In this document: piece by piece, positions 1 to 13,600 of the stretch
Numbering within the stretch: position 1 is the first letter of the stretch
Layout of the letters: each line of letters opens with the position of its first letter
Source: Podarcis gaigeae
Lineage: Eukaryota
Assembly: GCA_964106915.2 (NCBI GenBank)
Contig: OZ066917.1
Strand: one strand, 5' to 3'
DNA: 64,000 bases
Notes under the pieces: model-generated
Database searches by the model: none
What the model was told of the DNA's origin: nothing
Seen by the model: only the letters and a program-made list of their open reading frames with translations
Program-made: the position numbers and the translations under genes

Positions 1-2963
1 TTTTTCTGCAGTTTGTCCTTTCATTCATCCTGAAAAAGCTATGTCACTGCTGTTCAGGGACATTAGTATACGGATATCAAAAGCAGTTCTTTCCATCATA
101 ACAGCTGCATGAGGGACGGATGGATGGCACTGAGTCATTTGGCTGGCTAATTAAGGGCTTAACCTTAAAAGAGTTTTCTTAAGGATCTGACTCAGCTTTA
201 TATTTAGGACGGCCAAAAATCCACATGATTTTAAAGTTCCAGGGAATTATTTTGGCCAACATTACCAAACTTTTAAGTGGGACTCAATAAATAAACTTCA
301 ACAAGTCTTAGCAGATGAAAAAGTTTCTCGTTTTTATATGGATGGGGATTCATTCAGTTCTTAGAACTGAAAATGAACGGTAAAAAAATAAAATAAAGCG
401 GGTCCCCAAACTGTCATGTCATATTGCCATGCAAACATTCTGATATTCAGGTTGTAAAATGTGGTATTTGAATTTTTAATTGTGGTGGGTTTGGGGGTTT
501 CCCCCCAGTGGATGGTCAAAATTTGACCAAAACTCTAAGCTGAAAAATATATAGAATTACTCTGACTTTTGAGAGATTGACAGTCCACATCTACTCAGAA
601 ATAAGTTCACTGAGCTTGATTGGGCTTGCTCTCATGTATAGGATTGTGCTTTTAAGCAGCAACAGGGAACTATTCTTCCTCTGAAACAAATCCGACTTAC
701 TCAAGTGATGCACTTTAGCTAGATTGTGCCCAACTGTCACACAGCTGCAAGCACTGTATCCTCACAGGATGTGAACAGCTAAGCTATGCTTGTTCTAAGG
801 AAGTGCCTTACCTGCAGAATGTATTTTTACAGTCTGTATTAACAAACCTCCCAGTGTAATCTGTTAGCTGTGATAACGAAGAACTCATTTCATGGAAGAC
901 TTCGTTTCTACACCAGAACTAAAGAAAATGTTGACCCTTACCTGGCACATTACTTGATGCTGTTAAGACACAGTGCAAGTAATAATGTTGACTCTGGACT
1001 CTTTGTGACATGATTGGGTGAAGAGAGCTTTTGGGGCAAATGCTACAACCAGTGAATTTCTGGCATGTGTAAAAAGCTGAAGAACAAATTTACAACATTG
1101 TTCTGTGGCTTATAGAGTTGTAAAATCATTTTGCTGGGTGCCAGCTGCATAAATATGAACTGCTTAACCCTAAAAGGGAAGATTAATCCTTAATCAATAT
1201 TAATATACTGGCTGCAGGCCTCAAATGCACCACACCTTCTGCTAGGTGTTTGCTTCAAATCCACTCCCAAACACAGGAACTCATTCAGAGAATTTCACAT
1301 CCCAATAATGTGAAATCCCAACAATATCCCTATTTGCTCCAACCATTCTCCCTGTAACCAGAAACCCTGCACTATCATGGCTATTGATTGTAGGCAGGTT
1401 TGTAAGTGTGCTCAACTGAACATGATTAGAAATACAACTCTTCTGACTTCCCTGCTCAATGCAGGAAAGTTGAAATTAGAATGGGCTGGTGTGTGCAGTG
1501 GTATATGCAGGCCAGCACATTGGCTAACAGCAAACCATTGATTGAACGTAATGGATCCCAGTAATGAAAATCTGTATTCATAAATGCTATTCATTCTTTT
1601 TCATGTGGTCATTCAATTTGCAAATGTTTAGAATCGCTCTCGATTGTGAAAGGTGCTTTGTGATCTACATCTTATGAACCTGCATGGGTTGAATATGAGG
1701 CAGTGATTTACCTAAGACCACCCAGCAGTGGCCCTAATAATTTGGCAGTGCAATAAATTCATCCAGATATCCTAGGGTAAATAATATTCAGTGGCTTTGG
1801 TTTTCACACTTTCTACAAATTAAAGTTTCAACAGTGACTTGGCTTCCTGGCAATTCCTGAACCTCAGGCACTGAACCTTTGCAGAAGATTCATGCGTTTG
1901 TGTGGGATACTGGCCAATCACAAGTTGCCTCAGTACTGTCCTACATGAACTAAGAATGTGCTCTACATATTTCAAGTGGATAGAAACAGCAGTGGACAAG
2001 CTCCTTTTTTCAAGGAAGGTTGTCTAACTGATACATCTAAGAGCTTCATGGAAAACCACTAGGGCAGGTAGACCCATGGCTTTAAAACAGCTTTCCAGAT
2101 ATGCAACATGTTCAGCCATTTGCTTCAAATATAAAATCACTTTAATTAAACAGTGCTATGGAAGCTGGATAGGATGATCTACAGCCTGCTGCATATAAGT
2201 ACACATTTCCCCTCACCCCAGACTATTTCTCCCCACAAGACCAGTAGGACTATTACACATTTTTAATACGTTATGGTACATTATCCTTCAATTTAATGTT
2301 TTGGAAACACATCCATTCATTTTATATTCCTTAGAGCAGCACAAATTTCAACTATGTCCTTTACATTGCATGTTACTATCCTCTTAAGCAATGTAATTCT
2401 GCTTTCTGCAGAAGCACTATAAAATGACTAGTTTGCATGCAACTTGGTGGGTTTTTTTGAGGGAGGGAGTTCATTCATGTTGTAGACTACACATTCACTA
2501 CCGCAGAAAGTCTGAATACAAATGATTCCCATTAAATAATATCTAATAATGTATTTAATATAGGCAGAAATAATTATAATTTCAGATAAAACATAACTGT
2601 CGCAACCAATGTGCCAGTAGGACTTCTTACAAGTAACGGGTTTCATTCCAGTGTACTATGTTTTTTTAAATGAAACTTTAAAAGCAGAACTGAAATCCTG
2701 CATCTGGTAACTTCAAAGAAACTAATTATGTGTAACTGGGCATTAAATTCTGAAAAATAACAAGAGCTGCATCTTAAGTTCACAAAAAAAGAGTGCAAAG
2801 GAGTTAGCAAGGGCTGAGCGGCATCATAATATTAGTCAGAGTGAAAACTAGAAAGAATTTGAAACTGCCACACTGCATCACTGAAACTGAAACATTTTGA
2901 AATCGTTCAATATATTCATTTAAAAATAAATGCAGGGTCAAAATTTCATTTTACCGTATTGAA

Positions 2964-2998
<35 letters not shown>
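2964..2998. repeat. (GT)n(GC)n alternating purine-pyrimidine microsatellite
   Basis: About 12 GT units followed by gcgcgcgcgtg. Confidence 0.95.
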
Positions 2999-4301
2999 AA
3001 ATAAATGTTTATGCACCTTTTAGAGTTTTTGGAGTAGTGAATGCAGTTACAGGTGATGGAAGCTTCTGTGACATTCCAAGGAAGACTTGACAAAATAAAG
3101 AGGCTGTGTGAGGCATCAGAATGCATTGCAACATCTTGGTTAGAGCCCTCTGCACCTGCTTCAGCAGATGGAATGGAATTATTAAAAGAAACGACATGGC
3201 AATGAATACAAAAGTATTCCCTCAGGGGCAAAGATGTTTTGAAATTAAGTTGACACATTTTTATGTTATAAATTAAAAGGGAGGTGCTCTCAAGGAGCCT
3301 GTACTTTAATAGCCTCAATGTAAACTTACTGCTCTCCGTGGTGTGTTATTGTAATGCAAGGGAGCACACTTTGGCCTGCAGATACAGATGCACTCTAAGA
3401 TAAAGCACCATCTAGCCAGTTTAATTGCCCAAGCTATGCATGTGTGCGTATGTAGAAGAGGCAAGCAAAGGAAAGGCTCTCCTCGCCTTGTTCCATCTCA
3501 CTCATCACCAACTTTGTATTTGTGCAGTTTTAAGTATATGTTGGTATACGTGTGCAGGTGTGTGTGTTTTTATGTGCCTACATGAGTATTTATGTACAAG
3601 TGTGTGAGCAACACTTGCATATTTGAGCCAAAGGAACGTCAGAGTCCACATTCATCTGCAGTGCAGGTAAGATGTCCTGTAAGGGGATTTCTTTTTGGAA
3701 CAGCATATGCATGAAGATGGAAGTCTTTCTGCTCAACCAGACCTTAGTGCAAGCCCTTTGGTTCCAGTAATACCCTCCCGAGGTATACTGATGCCTGAAG
3801 CAGAGTCCAAAGGGTGGCTGTCTCTCCTTACCCAACTAGGGCCTTCACATTAGGAAGACTTACATCTCAGTTCACACATCAATTCCTGCCTTCGATTCTG
3901 CCACCCTCATATTATCGTGTGAGGCAAGCTGTTTCACCCTGCTTGCATTATTGTGCAGCCCAACATGTGCCATTAGCTGCAGCATTAGATGATTCCTTTG
4001 ATTTTGGCAGTAAAGTTAGCCTGGGTCAGTGTCTAGTATGAGAAATTTGAGCAAGGTGCCCTCCCTGGGCACTAACCTTATGTCCCCCACCCCAAAAAGA
4101 GCTCACCAAGGGGCAGTATGTACAAATGGGAATGGGTGGTAGGATTGGGTGGGTAGGGGTACACTTTCATCTGCCCAATATTCTGAATGCTACTGAAAAT
4201 AAAGGCCTCTGGACCCCAATGTTGGGGTAGGGCTCAGAGACACTGTAAATGTTCTTTTTTCAGGGCTTGGCTGTCATCATCATCATCTTCTTCTTCTTCA
4301 G

Positions 4302-4368
4302 AGCAATGCCAGCAGGTGTGGAGTTTATTCCCTAGCAATGCCAGCAGATGTGGTTTATTCCCTAGCAA
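4302..4368. repeat. Local ~32-bp tandem duplication
   Basis: agcaatgccagcag(g/a)tgtgg(ag)tttattccct occurs twice, followed by agcaa. Confidence 0.85.
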
Positions 4369-5369
4369 CTGTTTTTAGCATTGTAGCCCAGATCATGTTA
4401 TGTTGCTCTTTTTTGTTGTTTAAAAACTATACATGCTAGTGAAATGTTTTTGTTTTAGGAAACTAAACATGTATTTGGACGACTCATAAAGCTACAATAA
4501 CCCTCTTTATTTTAGTAAGTGTACTGCTATTCAGGTTGAATTCCTTTCTATTAGTTACAAGTTGTGGCCTATTTCTACAAAAAGCAGGGGAGAGTTCCAG
4601 TGGGTGGAAGTTTTGAGCTCTAACTACCATTAAAGCAGCTACCATTGTTAGTGAGATACAGTCAGATTATATCAACACTTCCAAGCACAGTAAAAGATTT
4701 ACTATATATGTTCTCTTTTAAAAGACTGAGTTATACAAATATTCCGTATACTGAAGAACAAATGTAATTCAAAACATTTTGAGACAGCCAAGAGAGATCA
4801 AATTTTTCTTACAGAAACAGCAAGCTGAAGATTGTAAATAATTTCCCCTAGACAAGAAATGAGAGTTTCACCAAAGTGCTGAAAGCTATTCTCTCAGGAA
4901 ATAACACATTTTGAAATAAACATTGAAGGATGAAGTTCTTCCTTTACATCTACACAGCAGATCTAAATGCTTTGCCTCCTATTCCCAGGCTATATGAAGC
5001 TTATGCTTAAACCAAGTAAGATTTAGTTTCTCTGAAGGGATAAAGATATTTTTAAAGCCCTCTTTTAGCTGATTTTTATTCACACTTGTCAGAATGAAAT
5101 TCCATAAACTGTTTTTGGTAATGCATTCAAGAGAAACAGAAGCACAAAAAGGGATGAATGCTGAAGTAAGTCCCTAAAAATGTACTGGTAACTGATTTAC
5201 CTTTTCTTCATATGAATTTACCCAATATAATAGAAATACTTGATATTACTTGACTAGTTTTATGGTGGAGTCAAAATTGTTAGGGTACTTAACCCACACA
5301 TTCAAAAATCTGCAATTGGCACATGCAAGAAAGGCCTAAAAATAAGTGATTTGCACGCTGCTTCCTTTT

Positions 5370-5520
5370 AAAAAGTTTTTTATTTATGATTTTCATTTAT
5401 AACAAACATTTCAACAAAAATAATCCTTACATATCAAGCCTCAACTTCCCTCCCCCTCTTCCTGTGGTTCCTTAAATTTACTCTCTCTCCCCCCCCCCCC
5501 ACTGCATATCCCCATTTGTA
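5370..5520 (-). mobile_element. Probable LINE (L1-like) 3' tail remnant
   Basis: T-rich edge followed by aacttccctccccctcttcctgtggttcc; resembles lizard LINE 3' ends from memory, not confirmed. Confidence 0.35.
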
Positions 5521-6649
5521 TGCTGTTTCCTTGCTAAGGTGGAAGCACGAAGTGTATCTCTGAATTGTTAGGGCACCTCTGTACTACTTAGAAAAATGCA
5601 GGTTTATACATATAGGTATCAAACATTCCTATGTGAATTCATTTAAGTGTAAGCACCACAGTTGAATACAGTGGAACGAACTTCTCAGTGAATATGCATA
5701 GATTGCACTGACAATAGTCAAGGGTGGTGGGGAGCAAGGCCAAATTTCACACACAAACAAACCAGCCCTTGCTCTGCCTTTCCAAAGCTGACTAAGCCGG
5801 GTGCCAGGCTTTGGGATGGAGGAACAAGGGTGTAGCAGGGTCTCAAGAGCCCCTCTACTTCCTTCCCAAAGCTGGGAAAGTGCAAACTAGGCTTTGAGAA
5901 GGAGATGTGAGGACTCTAGGACCCTGCCAGGGCCCTTGTGCCTCCTCCCCAGAGCCCAGTGCTTCACTTACCTGGTTTTGGTCTAGGACACCATAACACA
6001 TGGAAATGTGACAATGGCACTCTGACATCTAATGGTCAACATCTGTGGTATCAACTGTATCTCACAGTAAACAGATTACTTGTTATGGTGAATTCTTAAC
6101 TCCAAGAAAGCAACATTAATATCACAGATTATGTTTTAAATGAAAACATTTTCCCCTTCCTTAATCACCCTTTTGGCACTTTGATCTAACTCTGGGTTGT
6201 TGCGAGTTAAACACATTGCTTCAAAGTGCCCTTTTTGAATTCACACACTATTAACTTTGGTGGGCGAGATCAAGTAAAAAGAGACATTGGGGGGAAAACC
6301 ACGCATGCTGTTCTATGGGGAGCAGTGAAACTTGTGCAGTGCACACTTCTAAAGTTGCCCTGCTGAATTTGGTGGGGCTCACTTCCAAGTCGATGCGCAG
6401 GAGACCTCAGCCATTGATTGACAGGCAGACCTAGGGTGATTTCTGCGGCACACAAGGTTGTGCATGTCTGTTTCCTCAGAAGTAGGCACTGCTGAGAGTT
6501 CGTGTGGGTTTTACTCCCCGGGGAAATGTCGACAGGATGGCAGCCTGATGTCGCCTGGAACAGATGGGAGGGAAGGAAATGTTTAAAACTGACGTTCAGG
6601 TTTTGCTCGGGAAGCAAGCCCACTTGACCTCAGCGGTCGAGTTACTTTG

Positions 6650-8050
6650 CTGCGGTTTTCGTGCTCCGCAATCCTAATGCGAAGCGAAGCCCCGCAGGCT
6701 GAGTGTGCCTGGCAAGAGCGTCAAGTCAACTCTGAGCAAATGTGTTTAGGATTAAACTGCGCGCGGGACCTGAACCAGTACGATCGCCGGGGTGGGGTAG
6801 GCCTGGTAACACGCTACTGAATCCGGGGTGGGGAGCTTACTTCGGAGCAAAAAACACGCAGAGCTCCTTACGTAACACTCCGTATCCAGACTCCCCCCGA
6901 GGCGGTGCCTATTCCTATTCCCATGAGCCTCCCTTGCCTCCAAAACCGGATACATTTCCTTGTCTCTATCATACCGCCCCCCCCCCTCGCCGGCCTCCTC
7001 GGTCCTCTTTCACCTGCTTTCCTCACTCCCACAGACCCCCCGTATACTTTGCGGAGACGAAGTTCCTTTGGCTCTCTCGGCCCGATTCATGAATCACAGT
7101 CGGGGGAGGAGGAGGAGGGAAGGGGGGAAATGCCCCCCTCAGCGCCGGAAGTCCTTCTCCGTCCTCTTATTGGCCTATATCCTTATCAGTCAGGAACTGG
7201 AGGACCAACAAACTGCCCCCTCCTCCCCCGCCCCCAGAATTCTTAAAGTTGGGCGGGGTGTGTGTGGGGGAGCCTTACTAAGTTGTCAGCTTGGGCTTTT
7301 CTTTCCTCCTCCTGACTCCCTCCCCCCCCCCCCATCAGCAGTCGCGCGCTCACCTTTGATTGGGTAATGTCAAGGGAATTGAACCTTAGCACCGTTAGAG
7401 AGAGGCAGAGGCGCCCCCCTCCTCCCTCACAGTACGCAGGCGCGTCTGCCGCCGGCTGCACGAGCTCTTTGCCCACTCGCTCGCCTCTTCCCGAGGAGGG
7501 CTCGGCTGCGGGCGGGTCCTAGCGCCGCCCGGCCCGGCCCCTCGAGCGCCGCCCCCGCACGCCCCTCACCGGGGCAGAGCGATGAGCGAGGGCAGCGGGG
7601 CTGCTGCTGCTGCTGAGGAGACGGCGGCGGCGGCGACGACGACGACGGGCCCGCCGGGACGGATTAGCCCCCCATGTTTCCCCGAGGAGCCCCAGCGACG
7701 GCACAGACTGTGGTGGGGAGCGGCGTCCCGTCCTCTTTGTTGGCTGTGCTGCTGCAGTCCTCGCCCCTGAGGCTCCGGGCGGGGGACGAGGCTTCGAGGA
7801 AGGGAGAGTGTCGTGTGGCGGCGGCGGCCGCTGCTGTTGCTGCGAGGGACAGAAAGCGCCCGACGAGCAACCGGAACCAGGAAAACTGCTGGGATTTAAT
7901 ACGGCGGGCTGCGCCGAGGGATGGCGTGTGCCTGAAGGAGGACGGGAGGCTCCGCGAAGAGAGGGAACAAAGTGAGGGGGCCAGAGAGACTCGTCAGGGG
8001 CTGCTTTTTGGGGGTCTTCTTTCTTCACCCCCGACCCCTCCGACATTCCC
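6650..8050. promoter_or_regulatory. CBLB: CpG island: CBLB promoter and non-coding first exon region
   Basis: Sharp rise in GC and CpG content ~0.8-2.2 kb upstream of the ATG. GC boxes (ccccgccccc ~7226, gggcgggg 7251), reverse CCAAT (attgg ~7169, ~7359), NRF1-like cgcaggcgcg ~7434, EGR-type cgcccccgc 7550-7558. The TSS and exon-1 donor cannot be fixed from sequence alone. Confidence 0.85.
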
Positions 8051-8829
8051 CGTGAGGGGGGACTTTGCTGCTGCTTGAAACTGACCTTGGAGAGAGTTGG
8101 GATCTACAAAAACTAGCAACGTTTTCCTTTGGATTTTCCTTTCCCCCCACCTCTTTCCCCCTCTTAAAAACCACATTTTAAGAATACATATCTACAAATA
8201 TCGTTCCAGGTTGCTAACTTGTAGGTATATTGAATGTAGCTGGCATAAGATATTTTATTGTATTTATTTGTTTTAAATCCCCACCCCACCCAGACTTGGT
8301 GTTTGGGAACTTGCCACTTGAAAACAACCACCACGAGTGCCTTGGTTAGGTATTAGGTGTTGTGTGGCCCTTTCAAACCATGTGTGGACAATCATTTATC
8401 TGTGAGAGCATGTAGGAGGGAGACAAAGCATGAACTTAAAAAACGGAGGAGAGTGCTTATCACTGTTCACCAGTGACTTTAAATTTTGAAGGTATTAAGG
8501 AAGTTGATGGGTAAAATCGGTGGTGTGGGGTTGTTGTTTTTTTTGTAAGATAGTTAAGGCGGTATATTTCCATAAGTTGTGCTAAGGTACCGTCAGTGAC
8601 TGTGTATGACGTGATCCATCAGAGATCATTTCCTTCTGACTAAAAGTTACCAGGGGTGGGTGATGGGAGGGGGGCTTATAGTCAAAAGTTAACCTGGTCT
8701 TTCACTATACTGTGTGTTTGCCCTTTGGTGATTAGCTAGCTGAAGGTGGGGTGTGGGTGTCAATTTGGGTGAGGAGATTTCATGATATTATACATTACTC
8801 TTCTTTTTCTTACAACATAAAGATCCCAG

Positions 8830-8997
8830 ATGGCCAATTCCCTCAACGGCCGGAACCCAGGTGGCCGAGGAGGAAACCCCCGCAAAGGGCGTATTCTGGG
8901 CTTCATTGATGCTATTCAGGATGCAGTTGGCCCCCCCAAGCAAGCAGCTGCTGATCGCAGGACTGTAGAAAAAACTTGGAAATTAATGGATAAAGTG
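8830..8997 (+). CDS. CBLB: CBLB exon 2, coding part (MANSLNG...LMDKV)
   Basis: ATG at 8830, 168 nt, donor GTGAGT at 8998. Confidence 0.97.
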
Positions 8998-10520
8998 GTG
9001 AGTCTGTCAGTTGAGTCCTTGTACCAGAAAATAGTCAAGACTATTTATATGTGTACATGTATGGTCAGATCAGTTTGTGTCCTTGTTTGGAAAGAGTGAG
9101 TGTTTTCATATTTATGGCAGATCCCCATTTAACCTTGGCTCATGTTTTCTCCTTAATACAGATGAGGGGAAAATCCATTTGTTTTAAATGTACCTTTTGA
9201 TAAGCACAGTTCTTTAAATAGTAGAGATTTGTAGGGTTGTGAATAAGCAGCTTGTTTCCTATGAACCAAATGTTCTTTGGTTCCTCACTGGAGCATGTTG
9301 TTACAATATCTTCTTGAAAATGAAACTTCAGTTAAGGTAATCAAGTTGTGAAGCACTCTTACATTAATCATATGCATGCAGTTCAATCTGCAGTTTAGGG
9401 GAATAAAAAAACCCCTGCTTTCTCTCGTAGGAATGAACAAAACTTAATGGCCTTGGCTTTCAATTTTAATGGTTCCTTAAAATGTATTATGTGATTTCTT
9501 GAATAGTTATTGGAGAGCTGTTTACCATGGAGGCATGGTGTACGACTCAAAAATTATCTGTTAACCTTTATTTGAATTGGAATCACTTCTTTTGTTAAAT
9601 ATTGCTGTAGAATAGTTAGCACGTTTAGTCATTGCAACTTCTACTAAGTTGTATGCAACATCCCTTTTCTCACTGCAGAAAAATATGGTTCATTACTAAG
9701 GCAACAGGACAGATATTTAATTAAGTGTGCAGCATTGGCTATGAGGATGATTGATGGCTTTCTTTTTAATCCTTCACAACTGAACAAGCAACATCAGTTG
9801 GCATTAAATTCTTAAAACAAAAGAATAGTCTTTACTCATGGCTTTATGGCTGGTATTTCACCTACAATGGATATATGAAGTTTCTATATAGGTAAAGAAT
9901 ATTATTGCATATAACTAGGTGGAATTCTTACAACTTTGAAGTGAACGTTTATTGAGAGAGCAATAGAACTTTCATTTGTCAAGCAGTAAATGTCTCCATG
10001 AAGATGCTTAAATAGCCACAACTGATTCTTAGGCCTTTTACAATTATTATCAAGCCTTAACTTGGAATTCAAGACTAATGTATTGCATAAAAGTCACACA
10101 TTTGATTCCTGGTGTTGAAGTCTAGAAATAAACTTCTTTGGAACTCAAGTTCTGATTGTATGTGTTGCCAGCCTAGAGATTTCAGAACAACTTTAAAGGT
10201 TACTACTACTGCTAAAACTGGCAGTAATTCAGGCTAAAGTGTGTGCCTGTAATACCTTATCTGCCTACCTGATTAGGGCAAGTTACTTTAGTCTCAGTTT
10301 AGATATCCTATAGATTTTCCATAATTTATGCTATGCAAGTTGATCATCAACCCTCTTTTCTTTCTGGAGTTACACTTTTGTGCCTGCTTGATACAGTACA
10401 AAATCCATAACATGAGAACTGAGAAAACTGCATTGCTTAGGCTGCAGTGCTATGGACATTACTTGAGACTAACATCTTATACCAGTTCATGTCTACCTTA
10501 GAACAGTTCATACTATTTGT

Positions 10521-10673
10521 CAATTTAGTCCAGTCCTGTCTGCAGTAGCTCTCTAGGCATTTTTCAGGTGGAGTCTTTCACTTCATTTGCTATATAATCC
10601 TTCTAAAAATGTCAGGGATCATATCTGAAATATTCTGCATAACAAATATGTGCTCTACCATTGATCTGTGGCC
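10521..10673 (-). mobile_element. Degraded tRNA-derived SINE (Squam3-like)
   Basis: Reverse complement begins ggccacagatcaatggtagagcacat; similar to the copy at 14507. Confidence 0.5.
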
Positions 10674-13600
10674 ATGCTTTCCAGAGTAGCTCCAGCTGGA
10701 TTCAGTAGAACTTGAGTAAAAAATGGTTAGAGTTGGGCTGCTCAGTCCATAACACAAAGCAGACATCTCTACAGACTCTGTGGATCTTTGTTTTGTGATA
10801 TACATTGAGGCCATGATAATATAGACATTACTTATTGTGCTGTTTGAGTTCCATGGGTCAGGTTTTTTTAATGTATTCAGTTTAAAGATGTAGATATCTT
10901 TTTGCTTTTAACATGTTTCTACTAAATTAAGATTTCATTTTTAACATTTCCTTTTTTTTACATTCATGTTACTTCCCAAAAGCCTTCCTGGAGGAAAATT
11001 AGGATTTTGTTTAGTTGCCCCTTGTGAACCTAGGTTCATTTATCCCTTGTGCATTGTTTCTATATCTAGCACTGTCACTTCCTCAAAACTTTATCTTGCC
11101 AATCTTGCTAACCATATTTATCTGATTTCAATGGGACTGATGTCCAAGTAAGGTTTTTTTTAGGTTTATAACTTTAAATAGCAAGCCTCCTTGGCATGCT
11201 ACCTCTATCCTATTTATATAGCTAAGCAAACGTATGATGGAAACAATCACAGTTGTCTGGGATATATGTAGTTAGTGGTGAAGTAGACTGATTAATTTAC
11301 TGAATTATACTTGCATATTTGGTTATAGTAACATCATACTTAAGGTGTTTCTCTGAAGCAGCAACTGTTGCCCCATCCTAAGCACTGATTTGCTGACACT
11401 TCAAAAGTAGTATGAATGACTAGTTTTAACATAGTATCAGTTCATAGAATGGCTAAATGCAGTACTGTAGTTCATTACAGTGGCCCTTTCCATACAGCTG
11501 TAAGTGAGCCCAGATTTAGTTACAGTACTTGCGTCTGTGTGCTGTAGCTGTAATCTAGGAGAACAGGAAGTTGCCTTGTGGGTATAGACTTTAGCAGGTG
11601 TGTTCTGAATGGCAAAAAGATACTGTTATTCAGGTCTAAAAATTAATGTATTGTTAAATTGTCTATGTAAGGTTTAATTTGGACATAACTTCTATAATGC
11701 CTTATAACTGGCATTCAGTACTTTAACACTTGGAATGTAAAATTATTAGCAGTATTCATCAGATGTAGGGATGTAACCTGAGATTTTTTCTCTAAGTGGT
11801 ATTAGGTCTAAATCTCAGAAAGCTTTCTAATGTTGTTTTCTTGTTTCAGTTACTATGCAAACTGTGAAAGATTTCATTGTTTACATCATTACTGCTTGAT
11901 TTTTAAAAGCCTTGCTACAATGGCTTGTATCCCTTTAAGTTATGGAAGTTCATGAAAGAAGTTTCCTCATCCCTCTGTCTTTTCCAGAGGACTCCCCTGC
12001 CAACAGTGACAAGGCAATTGTCACAAATTGACTTCTTTAACTTAACTTATTTTAGGGCCCAAGCCAATGTTTTTGCCCACGAGAGTATAGGGTCTGTTTT
12101 ACAGAAGGCTTTAGGAAGTCTAGATGCTATACCTTCCCCCACCCCCCTCTTCCATTGGTTAAGTGTCCTCAGTTGGATCTTAATGTATCCCATTTAAGCT
12201 TTTGTCAGTTAATCACATTTTATCTCCAGATTAAATTAAGTATACCAGACAGGATGATGTCATGATGTTAGAATCCTGTTATTTGTATCTAGAGTTGAGT
12301 ATTTGGTACTTGTAGTGGAGAGGATGCATTTGAACAAACACTTTTCAGCCATCTTTTGTGTTAGCAGATGGCAAAGGGATGTTTTTTCATAGTTAAAATA
12401 AATACTAGATTGTAAAAGCATTTCCAAAATTAAATGCAGCTTATGATTTGATCCTGCAATGCAGTTCTTGCAACAGAATTCTGTGGAGGAAAATACCAGA
12501 GACTGCTCAATATGATGAGGTTGTTTTTGTGATTAGAGTCTAACTGGCCCAAGTACAATTATAACACTCAGCCATATAAGAATAAGCCATGGTATCCCTT
12601 ATTACGCCCTCCCCCCCTTTGAAAGTTTGTTTTGAGTAAGATCATTAGCTTGGTTTGCACAATATGGTAAACAGAACTGTGGCTTCCTGGGGTCACATAA
12701 ATGCATGGGCTCCCAAATAGGAATTCACAGCCGGTCATCTCCAGGACTTTTTGTTGGCACATTGAGCTTAGTAAGTGTTTGGTTTAGTGGGTTTTCCAAA
12801 CCCAGGCTTGTGTTTAAGCTTTCTCCTAGCTATAGCATGTGCTTAGTGGGGAAAGAGTTTAAGCATATTAACCTGCATCTTTTTTTTTATTCTTCATTAA
12901 ATTTGTAGACTGCCCTTCCCCGGGAGATTCCAATGTAAAAATACAAAATGAAAACACGAAATATGTAATAAAACAAACCAACCCCCCCAACACATTTAAA
13001 AGAGCATAGAATGTTAATCAGCCAAAGGCTCAGTGCAGGGAGGAATAAAGTGGCTGTGGCTGCAAGTTTCTCTCTAGGAATCCACATGTTTGTGTGGTCC
13101 TGGTAATGGTAAGCTGTAGTTTCACATAGCATGTGTTGCGAATTAAGCCTTTATGCCAAATTTGGGGAAATTTGGTTTATTCTGCCAATGCTTAGTTCAA
13201 ATATAGTTAGATTAAGCTACTCCCCCCCCTCCTCCACCACTACCTTAGGTAACGGGCACATCAGATTTTACTGAACTGGAAGTGGAAGCTTTTAAACTCC
13301 TTCCCATGTGTGTGGCACATGAGGGTAAGGCTTGCCATGGTTCATTTTCAGTCACATAGTGCCAAAGGCTTCTCTGGTTTGGAGCTGTATTTAAAAGCCT
13401 GTTATTTATCGTCCAGATGATCTGATAGATAAGCACAAGTTTGTTGCATATTCTACAAAAAATCACTATACAAATTAAAATGATGGTTTATCTTTTAAAT
13501 ATCTAAATAGTCACTATGCAGTTTTTCTGTATATATTTCACTCCAAGCGTTTCATAACAAAAATGACAGATTATTGTCCATAGCTCCATATTAAAAAGTT

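Noticed and set aside
1-6200. 60-126 aa ORFs upstream of CBLB
   Set aside because: No recognisable domains or consistent exon structure; some run through microsatellites. Treated as intergenic.
6270-7476. Several overlapping 70-135 aa ORFs in the promoter region
   Set aside because: Pro/Arg/Ser-rich by-products of GC composition; several lack a true ATG and none resembles a known family.
7519-8046. Minus-strand 175-aa ORF starting MSEGSG, the same six residues as the plus-strand ORF at 7582
   Set aside because: The codons differ (TCG versus AGC serines), so there is no DNA-level inverted duplication. Long low-complexity ORFs are expected in a stop-poor CpG island. Treated as coincidence.
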